NCBI GenBank assembly: GCA_036172245.1
Contig: JAYWIR010000002.1
Coordinates: forward strand, 1,550,001 to 1,614,000
Source of the DNA: Raillietiella orientalis
Lineage: Eukaryota
Length of the DNA: 64,000 nt
Direction of reading: 5' to 3'
Positions within the stretch are counted from its first letter, which is position 1; each line of letters starts with the position of its first letter. The translations under genes and the position numbers were made by a program. The notes under the pieces were generated by a model. That model saw only the letters and a program-made list of their open reading frames with translations, was not told where the DNA came from and searched no databases. Below, piece by piece: positions 39,391-51,957 of this stretch.

Positions 39391-41509
39391 CGCCAGCGTT
39401 GGGGCCGAGCAAGAAAAGAGAAAGGAATACCAAACTCGCTAAGGCGTGCAGAATCCACGCGTGAATTTTAAAAGCAGGAGGATCATATGAAAGGATTCCA
39501 CAAAAAAAGAATCTCTCAAATAGTTTCAAGCCATACATCTAACAACGGATATTATCAAGGGTCCAAGGAAGAGAGAAAAAAATGCCTCGACTTTGCAGCC
39601 GATAAGCGTTTCCTCTCCAAACCATTCTTCAACATCAGTCGTTGGCTTTTGCGTTCGCGAACGGGAGCTTTCCATTCCAATCTTCTATGTCCCGATTTCA
39701 GAGATGACAGCTATGCCTCGTTGTGATCTTAGCCGAAATTTCATGGAAAACAATGATTTATTCCTCTGGTAATGTCGACTACTCCGGTATTCTGTTCTTG
39801 CACTTACCGAGTCACTCAAACTTTCAGCGAAAAAGATCAAGCGCAACTAATGAACATTCGTGTTCATTAGCTGCTTGTTCTTGATCAGCTGCACAACTTT
39901 AAAGGTTTTCAACAGAGAATAATGTAAGAAAACTACTGCTTCTTCACAAATGCAGTTCTATATGGAAATCAAGGAGGTCTTGTCATCCCACTTGTAAGGC
40001 GAAGCACGGTTCCGATTCAAAGTGAAGCCCATTGGAAACATAGCATGAAGAAGAACGAAATGAGAGCAAGACGTGAAGGATCCTCGAACTTGCAAGACAG
40101 GCAAATGCCTTTTCCTGAGAAAATTGTTGAGTGGTGGCTCAGATTTCCACCACGGCAAGCATGCCCAAAGGAGGCGTCAAGGCAGACCAGTCAATTGTAG
40201 AGATCCGTCAGTGAAACTTCTCTTCCCATTCTGGAAACTGGAGTCCTCAATGCTGTTCGCTTTCGGGTTCGAACGCAAGAACAGCATGCAGTCCAACACA
40301 AAAGGTTGATTCCAGTAAGCTGCAGTTTCGAAAAACAAAAGGATGATCGCAATCGTCAAAGTACTTCGACGTTCGTGTAGCGTTCTGGGGGTTTCCCGTT
40401 TGGAAAGAGTCAATTTGTAAATCTTCGGAATGTTCGGTGTTGGGTCTTCTTTCGCCATCATGGGATCTCATTCAGGCGGATGCATTCCATCTTGTCAGCC
40501 TAGTCGTGTTCCCTAAGGAGACGAGATTTTCGGCCGGTTTCCCGTTTGAATACACATCGAGGACCCAAATCAATCCTTACAAGACACTGACTCTTGCTGC
40601 AGGTGCATCTCGCAGAGATGGAGCTGCTTACGCTTTTGAGAAATGAAAGTACAAAAATCTATGGAATTTCCTGTACAAACATCCAATGCCGTGGAAGCGG
40701 AGGAGCGTAATTCCGGCTAAGCTCACGTGGTCAGCTGATGCTGGCAGCTGTCACCGGTGTGCACGCAGCGTTAGCGGAAGTCTTCCTCATCGAGGCTGTG
40801 CGTGTAGCAGGCCGTCATATCGCTTCCATTCCAAATCGCAAAAGCTATGCTCAGTTCAGGCAATTCTCTACCTTTTTGTTTTTTTCGTTTTTTTGTGGAG
40901 CTCTTCAGCTCTTTCCAGGTTGAAAAAAAATCGACTTGCAGCATATCGTTCTTTTCCTGTGTGAGGTTTCATATCACGATTCCAGTACAGGCTCCAGTAC
41001 TTGAACGAAGTGCTACAAACGCATACATGCGTCCATAGCGTGCCGTGTCCGTGTAGATTAGCTTAAGACTAGAGCAGTCCATCTCACAAAACATTTGCTA
41101 CAACGAGAGCAACGAAGCTTTTGGTTCTGGCCCTGACAGCTGCCCCTTCAAAGGAACTCTGCAGTTTTTACGAAAAGAATGAATATGCATGGTGGAGACC
41201 AAGCCCATATGGGCTGATTTCCAATCCCCATCATCATTCCGCAATTTACCAAATGAGCGTATTCTAGTGAGCGCAGACATGGACCTTGGCGTGAGAGCAA
41301 GACAGAATGTGCAATCAGAGGGGAGTTGAACGATCGAAACCGCAGACCTTCCCTTATGGTGCATCCCCTCTTTCGAAACGCTCACCGTACTTTTTATCCA
41401 GAAACAACTAGGGTCCGAAAGGTTTTAACGCAATCTACCACTGCCGAAGAAGCGTACGACACACGTAGTTTCTGCTCGTACGATGCGATCTGCAGCAATC
41501 CTCTTAACC

Positions 41510-41689
41510 TGAGGAAGGCTCGCCATCGTCGACGCCGCCACATTCGCCGTTTCGCGTCACCCTGACGTGTCGCTGCAGCGATCTTTCGCAACTGAGCACC
41601 ACTGCTCTTTCTGCTGCTCACCTGGGCCGCAGAATTCAACCTTTGTTTCAAAACTCCACTGCCACCATCGAGGAAATCAGCGTGACTCC
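41510..41689 (-). repeat. Right arm of the ~180-bp inverted repeat (partner 39208-39390)
   Basis: tgaggaagg..cgccatcgtcgacgccgccacattcgccgtttcgcgtcaccctgacgtgtcgctgcagcgatc..gtgactcc. Confidence 0.9.
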
Positions 41690-41935
41690 CGAAGTAGGAA
41701 TCCCTTTCTGTCAATCGCAATCTAAAACTTGCAGATGCTTCTCTCCCTATCAAGAGAACGCAGCGAACGGAAAGCTGCTGCATAACATCCAAGCCAACGG
41801 GAAGATCTCCCTAGCGCTTTTACTAGTAAGAGGGCAATACGTCTTGGTCATGGCGACATGTGCAGAAACCATTACTGCGCATGACACGACCACCACTTCG
41901 ACTGGTCAGAATCCAGAAACCTGGCAGACCAACTC
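41690..41935 (+). pseudogene. Decayed inverted duplicate of the Ddc terminal exon plus its upstream intron end
   Basis: SPYQENAANGKLLHNIQANGKISL..VRGQY matches the real [30 protein letters not shown] (49020-48920, minus). The acceptor cctatcag has become cctatcaa, and similarity continues to ggcagaccaact (real ggcagacaaact). Confidence 0.85.
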
Positions 41936-43397
41936 TTCATCATAGTCGAAAAACAGAACATGGTCCCATGTACAAGCTTCGATACACTACAGAACTTCTT
42001 GCATTCATGTCAGCATACATAAGGAGACGAACGGCTGTGTTGGAGAAAGCATGCTGAATCGACAGGGTGCACGGCGGATGGTTCCAACACAACGAGGCAT
42101 GAGTTCTAGAAACTGCCCGAGCTATTTATCGTCATTGTACCACCACCACCGGGAAAGCGATGCCCTGATGGTGGGTTTTTCTTCGTGTACAAACAAATTG
42201 GAAGAAACGCTCTTCTGCCATCATCACTCGGTTGTAACGCTGAAGAGATGTACGTCTGGTGAGCACTTCGCGAATCCACCCTGTAACCTGCAAGCACTCA
42301 CATGCAAGTGTAGTTCACACTATAAACTTCAAAACTCCACGTGGAACGCAAGAGCATCCGAAACAAACACTAATACACGCACTTCATAATGAAAACGTTA
42401 AGATATGCACAGAACAAGACAAAAGTCAGAGTTGAACTTTTCTCGTTACAAAGGCAGTTATGGATATCCCATGAAACACCAAGAACACACGCGTTCCGTA
42501 GCTTACTTTATCTCAAATAATCATTCATACGTACACCACTACGTCAACACATACAAGCATCCCTCTTAAAACAACCTTGATCGAACAAGCGATTATGAGG
42601 AAATACTTTTCAGAGAAATCCCGAATTCCTGTAGCTGCAAATTCGTAACATTCAGTAGTGTTCAACTCACAGGGCATATCATTTCCAAAAATCACCGTAC
42701 GAACAGAAAATATCGGAGGTAGGAGACAATAAGTTGGCACGAGCACACAAAGTTGTCAGAGTTCTTTAGAACTCAAATTCTAAAAGAACGAGAATGCAGA
42801 GAATTCAGAAATTCTGATACAACGCCGAAAGAGACTGCATTTTCAAATGTGAAAACCGCGAGCGATGCAGCAAGGAAGAAACCGATTTTCGGGCGAAGCA
42901 TCCAGAAAGAGCGCGCTTGAATTCTGGGATCAAAAACACCGTGCCTGCCAAGGAGGATGCCCACTATCATCGAGATTGCGGATAAGGCTCCGCGGGTTTC
43001 GCTCAAATAGGCTCGATAATCCACTCGCTTGCAGGGAATCCCAACTGCAAGTACCATGGCTGACGCGTCCCCGTGACTTTATTTTCACAGACAAAGCATC
43101 GTCCTGAAAACACACGATCGACGATCTGCGTTTTCGGTACCCGTAGCCAGAACCGTAGGGCGAATTCACGCCAGAGCATCTACATCTTCTTGGCCAACCT
43201 GAGGGGGGATTGTGACTGCACTCTTCACTCATACGGAACTTTCACGAATCGACGGCAGCAGGGTCAGCTCCACCCTTTCCTGAGAAACACAGAGTCAAAC
43301 ACAGGGTCATTTCCTTCTCCCTGCCGCTCATGATCGCACACAACGATTTCAGAGAGAATGTGACATCAGAAATCAAAGATCTTGGTGGATATACTCA

Positions 43398-46300
43398 TCA
43401 TTCAAGCAGGAGCACAGGAAAGCATGCAACATGCATGTGAGAACCTGCGCTTCCTGGAAATGCAAACCCAACCACAGCACTAGGAAACTTACCTGCTTGG
43501 CCCATTCTCTCCAAGAGAACCTTATGCAGCATCTCATCACACACCATGCCAACGCAGCCGAGAGCAAACGGAAACTGTGCTGCAGGAACGCCGGCAATAG
43601 CTTCGAGACAAAGCATGTGCTGCAACTCGTAGCAGCCTGGAGCAGCTACGCACAGTCCACAGAAAAGGCACTTCAGGAAATTCTGCCAGTCACCATCGTG
43701 CCACAGAACCTTTTCTTCGTCGTAGTGACGCTAAGCAACAGCCTGACCGTCGTGCAACCAGTTCTGAACTTACCTTCAACAGCACGATGAAAAACTGCCA
43801 ACAACTGCTCAAGTTCACAGGGAGGGAATGCACGAGCAACAGTAAGTCGGACATCAGTTCCGACAACGCCAAACAAGCTGAGGGCTGCTTCTCCCTTTGA
43901 AGGAACCAGGTCAGCAAGAGAGACAGCTCTTCTTGGGTGCAACCTGGAAACACCTTTGCCCGACTCTCAGCAACCGAATGTGCCCACACCGAGGATACCT
44001 GCACAAAAAAAAGCACAAGGCGTTCTCGAGAGCTTTCCACAAACAATCCAGGAATGAGGTTGGTATCTTGGACCATGGAAGATGCCAGGCAATACAACAT
44101 GCGGTTGAAAACGGAATCTTCATTGCATGCAGTGCTGCCTAGAGTTCCAGAAATGTAGCACTGAGCTAAGTGGCACAAGTGCTTCCGAGAAAAGTGTCGC
44201 AGTTGCTGTGATCTGGACCCTGTTCGATCCAAATGACAGAAAGCAGCTGCAAACAACTTACCATCAAGCTTTCTATCCTGTTTCCACAGCAATCTTAGAT
44301 TACATACGCACTGCTGATGCAAATCAAGCTGAAACTCCTGGATGGAATTGTGAAGGATGCAGGCCAGGGCAAAAACGTAGTCAAAAAGAGGCATCCGAGC
44401 AGATATGTTCGAGGCCACCTAAAGAAATGAAATTTGAAATTATGCACAGGATGCTGCATAGGAGACAGACTTGCAGCAAACACAAAAGGCAATCAGTGTG
44501 ACTTCCTTCTGACATGGGAACCAGCAAATGCTCTACAAATTCGGCCACTGATAACAAATCCAATTCCAAAAGTTCTGTCAGAAACTGCACATATACTGAT
44601 TGGTTCTTGCTGTCCACATCAGCCAAACATTGCAACAAGGCTTTCCCAAGCATGGAGCAGGTCTTCACTGTGGGGTCAGCATCCATGTGACAAAAAGTGG
44701 CTATCTTGCATAACAACTCCAGAATGATTGGGATATGTGAACTGTGCTGTACAGCACAATCCACAGTCTTTTGAATTGTGAGTTGGGGAGATTGCCAGAC
44801 TAACTGCAGAAACTGCTTCAACAAGTGCTGATGTAAAAAAGAAGAATTCATAAGCCCATGGTAATCAAGTAATCACTTGATACTCTTTTGTCAACATTCC
44901 ACAATTCAATTGACAATTGCAAATCTTGCAAATTGTCAAAAAACAGCACTTGCAAATTGGTGCAAGATCTACAAGAGACACAAAGCTCTGTAACTAATGA
45001 CTGCCACAGGAAAGAGGATTGCAGAAAATTGAAACAAGAATACCATACCAAATAAGTGCTGCATAACACTCACATGGGAAGAAGAACTGTGCCCAGTCAA
45101 CTGATTGAAAAACACAGTTGCTTGAAGAGCACACCTGTCACTGATTGCCAACACACCACTTTGAATGGCTTTGCTATACTTCTCCAACAGAACCAACTGA
45201 CTCTCGAAAGATAAGGATCCCAATGCAGTCAAGGCGAGCTGGAAACAGCTTTGAATTACTCACTTCACACTGGGGAGAGAACTTACACCACTCATGTTGG
45301 CTTTTGCACCTGCTTCACAGGATAGCACCACATCTAACAGCTTGATGGTGAGCAGCTCACTGAATGAAGTTACCCTCTCTTTTAAGAATTCGATGGTTTC
45401 AGCAGAAGAGCAAATGTTCTCTTCACTCAGCAGAGAAAGCATTAAGTTTTCAAAATCTGCTGTCAGAATCGGGAATCCGCTGCTTTCATAACTGCGTATC
45501 TGCACCAAGTTATTTGCAAAACACGATGCTTCCGACTGCTGCAACACATGCTGCACTATTCTGTTCTGCTTCCACTCTGTAAGGCATGCATTCTCATCGA
45601 TTTCCAACAATTTCATGAACTGCGCCCGGATTAAGAGCAGGACATGCACCTGAGTGCTGCCAACAGTCACAAGTGTATTGTTCCACTCTGTTAGCACTTC
45701 ATGCGTGATTGTGTCACATATTGAACTCAACATTGTCGAGTAAATATCAAATAGTTTTGGGATCCAAGAACTATACTTCGCTTCAGAAGCAGTAACATCG
45801 CAACCAGGGAGATCGCAATAAACCAGTTGCTGAGCGCACTTGGGATTAAGAAGCACTTCCATAATCTCTAATACAGCTAGCAACAATGTTCCCACATTCC
45901 TGTGGTATTCCGAATCCTTATTTCGCTCCTGAGATGAAACAGCTGATATGATCCTTGAATTCATCTGTTGCAATGCATCCGCACATCTCTCTCTCAAATC
46001 TTCCTTCACATTCAACTCATTGCCACTGAAGAGGCTAGCTATCACAAGTCCAAGGATCAAATTGCACAGGAAATCAACTTCAATCTCCAGCCCTGCATTC
46101 ACTTCATGCAGCAGCAAATCAATGAACGTTGTTGATATCCGAAGATCTATTGTTGCAAAAAAGTCTCTGAGCAAACGATTCCATTTTGCTGCCTGAATCG
46201 CCCAAACGTAAACTTTCACTGGAACTGGTTCAAAGAGATTCGTAACAGATTCTAGACCATCTTCAAAAATGCCATCCCTTAAAATGTCCAAATGAAAGAA

Positions 46301-46533
46301 CCACACCTTGTGCAACTTCTCCATAAGGCGGTAGTGATCATAGGAGCACTCCTGGCTCGATGAGCCAACATATGCCTCCAATAAACGAGCCACATAGTCT
46401 CCACCGGTGTCGTCATCTGGAATTCGCAAGCTCGAGAATACTTTCCAAAAATATTACCTTTGTGCCAGGAGTTCGTTCTTGCATGATGAATAAAGATTCC
46501 TTGCAAGGCAGCTACGTCCTTATCGTATTCCAT
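43398..46533 (-). CDS. Large alpha-helical protein (~930 aa), probable Gemin4 (SMN complex) homolog
   Basis: Separate ORFs join in phase across short GT-AG introns: 46457-46417, 45286-45239, 45073-45001, 44883-44828, 44470-44419, 43773-43683, and possibly 43492-43454. The N-terminus (ALQGIFI..EDGLESVTNL..IEVDFLCNL) resembles vertebrate GEMIN4 as recalled from memory (ILHGGFL..EDLFFSVGNM..EDVAFFLDV). Gene structure is well supported; identity is tentative. Confidence 0.65.
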
Positions 46534-47899
46534 GCAAGCACAGACACATGCGTGCACACATGCGAAGCGGATTCAGCTAGCAGGGATGCCATTTGTGAAG
46601 AGCGTACGCGTTGAACTCTATTCACTCTGCAGCTACTTCTTTCGACAAGAATCAGTTCACCATTCGACATTACAATTCGAAGCTGCTACTGCTTTTCAAC
46701 CTCGACTCAAAGTTGTCTCTGCGCGTATCACTCACCTCGATCATGGAAATTTTCGTTATCCCTTATGAGCGTTCTTAAACTGCGATGAAAACACACACCA
46801 GTGAGACCTTCTATTTAGTAAGGAAGCCTTCCGAGTGCTCGCTTTTGCATCGTCTCTTGCACCTTCTCGTATGCAGACAGAATTTCAATTTCGTTATCAT
46901 AATCACTATCTTGGCGAACCTCTATTGGCAAAATGAGATCATGTAGATGGACTGTCTCAAACCAAAATACAACTCTCCCATGATTACTGTCAGTGCAAGT
47001 TATCTGTAGTACGAAGGAAAAAATGCATACAGAATAAGATCCTCGAAAAATTTTCAATGTTGTATGGTCTTTCCTTTTCTTTCCAAATAACATGGGAGTC
47101 CTATTACTGAGATGGGATCAAAACCGACTGCGAATGTTCAAACTGTGTTCTCACATACTGTTGCGTCCTTCTGAAGGTCTTGGTCTATGTTCGAAGATTT
47201 GACAATAACGCAAAAGTTCGTAAGTATTTTTGATTTCCTGATTTAAGGAGGGTCCATAAACCTTGTGTCACTTTCATATTTTGCATACCTGACTTCGCTG
47301 ACCGCCGGCTCAGAACAAGCAAAACAATGTGCCATCCACGAAGACGTGGCATTCTACTAAAAAGTTGCTTAGTTGCTGTGCTTTTTCGTCTCCCAACTGT
47401 GTCCAGGATCTTGTCTTTTATTTGAGCACCCCTCTGATAGAAGGATCATGTATTTCCACTAAAGCGTGTTTTCCCTGTAGATTTGATAGGGACGTTTCCC
47501 TTTTCTCTGTGTTTCCAGCTTATGAACCGCTTTGAATCTCGTTTTGAAAACTCTTCAGTTAGCAAAGCCAATTCTGATCGAAACTTCTCTCATTCTCATG
47601 CCTGCACACATTTAGGAGTCTCCAGAATTTAACATCTGAAGAAAGAATCTAAGGCGATAATTTCCTTTCGGAGTCATGGAGAGGTGCATTCGAAAAATAT
47701 GCTTCCAATTTCTCTGAGTGCATGTTCACAATCTAATGTTCACCGTTGCGTAGATCCTGAACCAGGAAAATGTCAATTTCTGCTAATCTCTCTCGGAACG
47801 TGTCCAGGGGGTGAGCCACACGAGGAGAGTGGACCAATGAAGAATTGTGGATCCATATCCGACGGTGGATGCACTGTCGACATTGCATCCAACATTGCC

Positions 47900-48697
47900 C
47901 GCGTCGGAGGCCTTGTGGTTAAGGCTTCCGCGCGTGGCACCATGCGTCGCGGGTTCGAATACTTCGGCAGATAACTGACGCCACTCCGTCGTTTGGGTTC
48001 CGAGTTTCTCCTGCAAGATGGCGCTGGTTGGCTGAGACATTCGGGCGTGGCCCCGGCATTGGATAAAGCCAGAGGCCTCCCGATGAAGGCCGGAACAATG
48101 GGAGTCGACCTTCGGGTCCTTCCAGGAATAAAGGAGTGGGGAGTTCCCCCTCCTGTGTGCAAAGGAGAGTGGACCCCGTCACCGGGAGATCGCCTCCGGT
48201 TTCAAGATGGAGCAGGAGCCCTCACGGGCACCTCTCCAGTTATTCAAAGGAGCGGACCCCCCTGTTGGGAGGTCCGAGTCGTCGCCTCTCCAGAAGAGTG
48301 CAAGGAAGCAAGCGAGAGCGATCCCCCTGCGGGAAGCTGCAGCGTCCCTTTTGAGTTTCGGAAGCGTCCCTTCGGGGCTCTCTTCAGAGTAGTGAAAAGG
48401 AGCGGTTCCCTTCGGAGAAGTTGAAATGAAGAGGACCACCCCCATTAGGGGGGTGCCCCTCCGGAGAGAATGAGGAAGGAGATTCCCTTCGGGGTTCCCC
48501 TTCGGAGACAACCAGGGTGGGAGGTGCGATCCCCCCGTCCGGGGGGATCCCTCCCCAAGCGTCAGAAGAACGGACTCTGAGTCCTTCCTGGATTCATAGG
48601 GCGGACCCCCATCCCGGGGTGCCCCCAATCCTGAAGAATTACACGCCCCCTGCGAGTTGCCGTGGGCGGAAGCCTTAACCACAGGGACTCCGACGCG
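47900..48697 (+). mobile_element. Full-length copy of a structured non-coding repeat (tRNA-headed, self-complementary ends)
   Basis: Head GGCCTTGTGGTTAAGGC..GGGTTCGAATAC (A/B-box-like). 47901-47939 and 48658-48696 are inverted repeats (34/39 identical). Many internal hairpins. Homologous to 33685-34428, 13397-13670, 10376-10601 and 55125-55650. Confidence 0.85.
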
Positions 48698-48794
48698 ACG
48701 TCGTGAACTCTGTCGAACTGGTTTAAGGTTTTTCTCCCATAACTAGCTCTTTCCCTAGCAAAAGTACGAGAAATGCAACTATCTGGTATTTTAT

Positions 48795-51700
48795 TCATTC
48801 CACTTCAAGGTGCTCTTCGGCGATGATCTCCAGTTTGTCTGCCTGACTACTGATTTCCTTCCAGGCGAAGTCAACGTCTGCTTCGGTGCAGTAACTGGAG
48901 CATACGGAGAATCGCAGAAAATACTTGCCTCTCACTTGCGAAGACACCAGGTAGATCTTCCCGTTGGTTTGGATGTTATGGAGCAGCTTCTCGTTGACTG
49001 CGTTGCCCTCCTGATAGGAGAAAAAGGGTGAGCCAATTTCGGAATAAGTCCGAACATCAGAATAAACAACGAGATACATGGAAGTTTCTTAAATGTTATC
49101 TGTGGCTTTGTATGTGCTGGAAGGGGCGAAATTCGGGGCAAAGAATGAATTCTTTTTGCAGTTCAGATGAGCTGAGGGAGACGCTGATGCTGAGAACTTG
49201 ACACCAGCATTCCAAAAGACGGCTGCAAAAAGGTGAAAAAGAGATGAGGATTGCGCGACGTCCTGAAATCGTGCTGGCTCCAAGAGGCAGCGCCTGTTTT
49301 CAATTCATCTAAACGCAAGAGCGGAGATCACGAGACATTGCTTGGAAAGATTCACGTATTCGCCCTCACTATCGCACGCTTAGAACTGACTTGAGGGAGC
49401 TTAGCGATGTATTCCACGGTCCAATTGTTCAAGCAGGAATTCAGTGACTTGGGAGGCAAGCAGCTCACTGCAACGGGCATCGCATTAGTTGCTGGAATGG
49501 CGGCAAAAGCCTGCACGGTTGCCAACATGGCAAGGTCGTCGGTTTGTTTTTCGTTTCTCGAACCTCCCAATCGATTTCCGGAAAGTTCCTCTCTGGTGAA
49601 CCCATGCCGTTTGGATCGCCCCTTAGGATAAGCACGTCGGACTACTAGGAGCACGTGCGTTACAAGTGAGAGTGCAAGTCAACGGAGGTTCCAGTTCCGC
49701 GGACCTACATCGACTCCGAAGAAGTCGTTTCAAAGTTTCTTTCAACAGATACTTCCATGAAGGTGATGGCTCTTGCAGTAGAGGAATAGGTTCGGATGTT
49801 GCCTCTTTTCTAACCTTGAGTGTGAAGCACACCAGTCCCAAATTCACAGGGAACACGACTTGGAAGCGGAAATCCGCTCGCACCAGGTCTTCGAACCTTC
49901 TTGTCAACGCAGTGTGCTTGCGGACGTGTTCGCGAATGCCCTTTTTCCCATACGATCTCAAGACGAACCACAGCTTCAACGATCGGAACCGTCTCCCTAG
50001 AGGTATCTGCCAATGCTGTGAGTCAGACGAAGAGAGGGCATTAAGGTCGCATCGTGCTTTGAGATTCACCTACCCTGTAGTCTGGTACTTTCCCTTGTTC
50101 CTTGTATTTCAAGTAGTCAGGATCGACGTAAAAAGCCGAGGCGACGTAGCTGGAATCTTTGAACCTGTTATGAAAACTGGGCAGTGAGTCGCACCCTGTG
50201 TGGACGGTTACCAGAGGGCGGAGCAATCGAAGTTCACCGGCATCAGCTTGTGAGGATTGAAATTGAAGGAATCTGCGAGATCGATCCCGCGTGCCAAGTG
50301 ACGGTACTCCTCGCAGAAGAATGCCGTGCCTTGAAAACCGTCGCGCGCACGTGCCTCGCTCTCCTCCGTCGTTACCTACCGGCATACGCCGCGTCCACGT
50401 GCAGCCAGATCTTGTATTTCCGACACACGTTCCCGATTTCCCAGACATTGTCAAAAGCACACGTGTTCGTCGTGCCAAGGGTGGCCACCACCTGCACGAC
50501 AGGGGGTGGCTCTGTTTCAATGATATCTGCCGCATACGTAAAACGGGGTCTTCCCCTCAAGGAGGTCGTTCTTTATGGCCTGCTCCAGCGTGTCGCCTCT
50601 CAGAGAGAGCTTGTCATCCGGCTCCAGCATCCTCATCTTCACGTCGCCGATCATGGCCGCTTTTTGCACAGATGAATGCGCCTGATCTAGAAGACCCGAA
50701 CCCGAGTTATGTACTGACAAACAGTAGCGACGTTGGTTGGCTGCTAGGGGATGTTGCGCAGCGCAGTCATTTGAAAATACTCTGCACTTAACTGGATGTG
50801 TAGGCGCATAGCGTTCGTGAGCTGCTTTCTGTGGTTTGATTACTCTTGGAGTCCTGGACCGCAAGCTTGCTGCGCGCCTTGGCAGCCAGCAAGGCGACGA
50901 AAGTGGCTTCGCTCGCAGTGCCCTTGAAGGTAGGAAGGAACGTTCTTGCGATTCCGTTTCAACATGCAACGGCCACCTGTATCACTCCTCCTCCTTTCCC
51001 GCGGCTTCCGAAAAGAAATTCGGGAGGCAGTCCAAGGGCTCTTCCTAGCCAATCCATCATCTTCATTTCGAGTTCGGTGCACGCAGGACTCGCAATCTTG
51101 AAAATGATTCAAAACCGGAGGTCAAGCAGCCTGCAGCTGTTTACCCAAGAGAATCCGATGCAGCCAATCGCCGTAGACAGGAGCTCTCCTAAGATCGCAG
51201 GATACGAGGAACCCGATGGAAAATACGCGAAGAAATATGGAGAATTCCAGTGTGTGACCTGCAAAAAAAAAAAAAAAATGAGGAGCACGTAGCAGCTGGG
51301 ATCTCTTGCGAGGGTGAGCGGGTCTGTTCCCCGTTCCATGGATAGGGATCGAGCGGAACAGTTTATTGTCATTGAACGCGTGGCTACTCAGCAGAGACGG
51401 CGAATGGATGACGATGACCGTCACACTGCTGCAGCACCGTGAGCACAATCCAAGACCACGGAGTGCACTAAGGTGCGTGGTGCACCAGCGAGCAGCACTC
51501 GATCAGAGAGACGTTAGAATTAACGGGTTGCGTGCATTTCTGCGTTTTCTCAGCCAGCATTCCATGCTCTGGCACTATTCCTCCGGCGGCCGGTTTTAGT
51601 TTTCTTGAGGGAAGAAAAGAGATTCCGGGAAAGTTCGGTCGCGATTCAGTTTTACATGCACGAACCGGGAATGAGCGCCTTTGCATCGAGTGCCAGAGGG

Positions 51701-51957
51701 CACCAGAGTTGCATATCGGTATAAATTTTACAGATAAGTTAGGCAAAAGCTCTTACCCCTGGCATGATGACATCTTCCACATCAGGAAAGATGCTTTCCC
51801 ATCCTTCTCCATCCTCAGGGGCGTCCGTTGGAATCCTCGTTTCCAGGAATCCCGGTTTCACTTCTGACAGCACGCGCCTGGATCTCAGGTTTTCAAAGTA
51901 GTCGATAATGTACTCAATCAGTTGATTTGCCGCTCTCCGGAATTCCGCTGCGTCCAT
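48795..51957 (-). CDS. Ddc: Aromatic L-amino acid (DOPA) decarboxylase, PLP-dependent group II; ~10 exons
   Basis: [88 protein letters not shown] (PLP lysine); [22 protein letters not shown]; last exon 49010-48795. Confidence 0.95.

Noticed and set aside
43690-46429. Frameshifted pseudogene or several separate genes
   Set aside because: All frame changes are explained by in-phase GT-AG introns.
47901-47970. Functional tRNA gene
   Set aside because: A/B-box-like motifs are present but no proper acceptor or anticodon stems; it is the head of a repeat.
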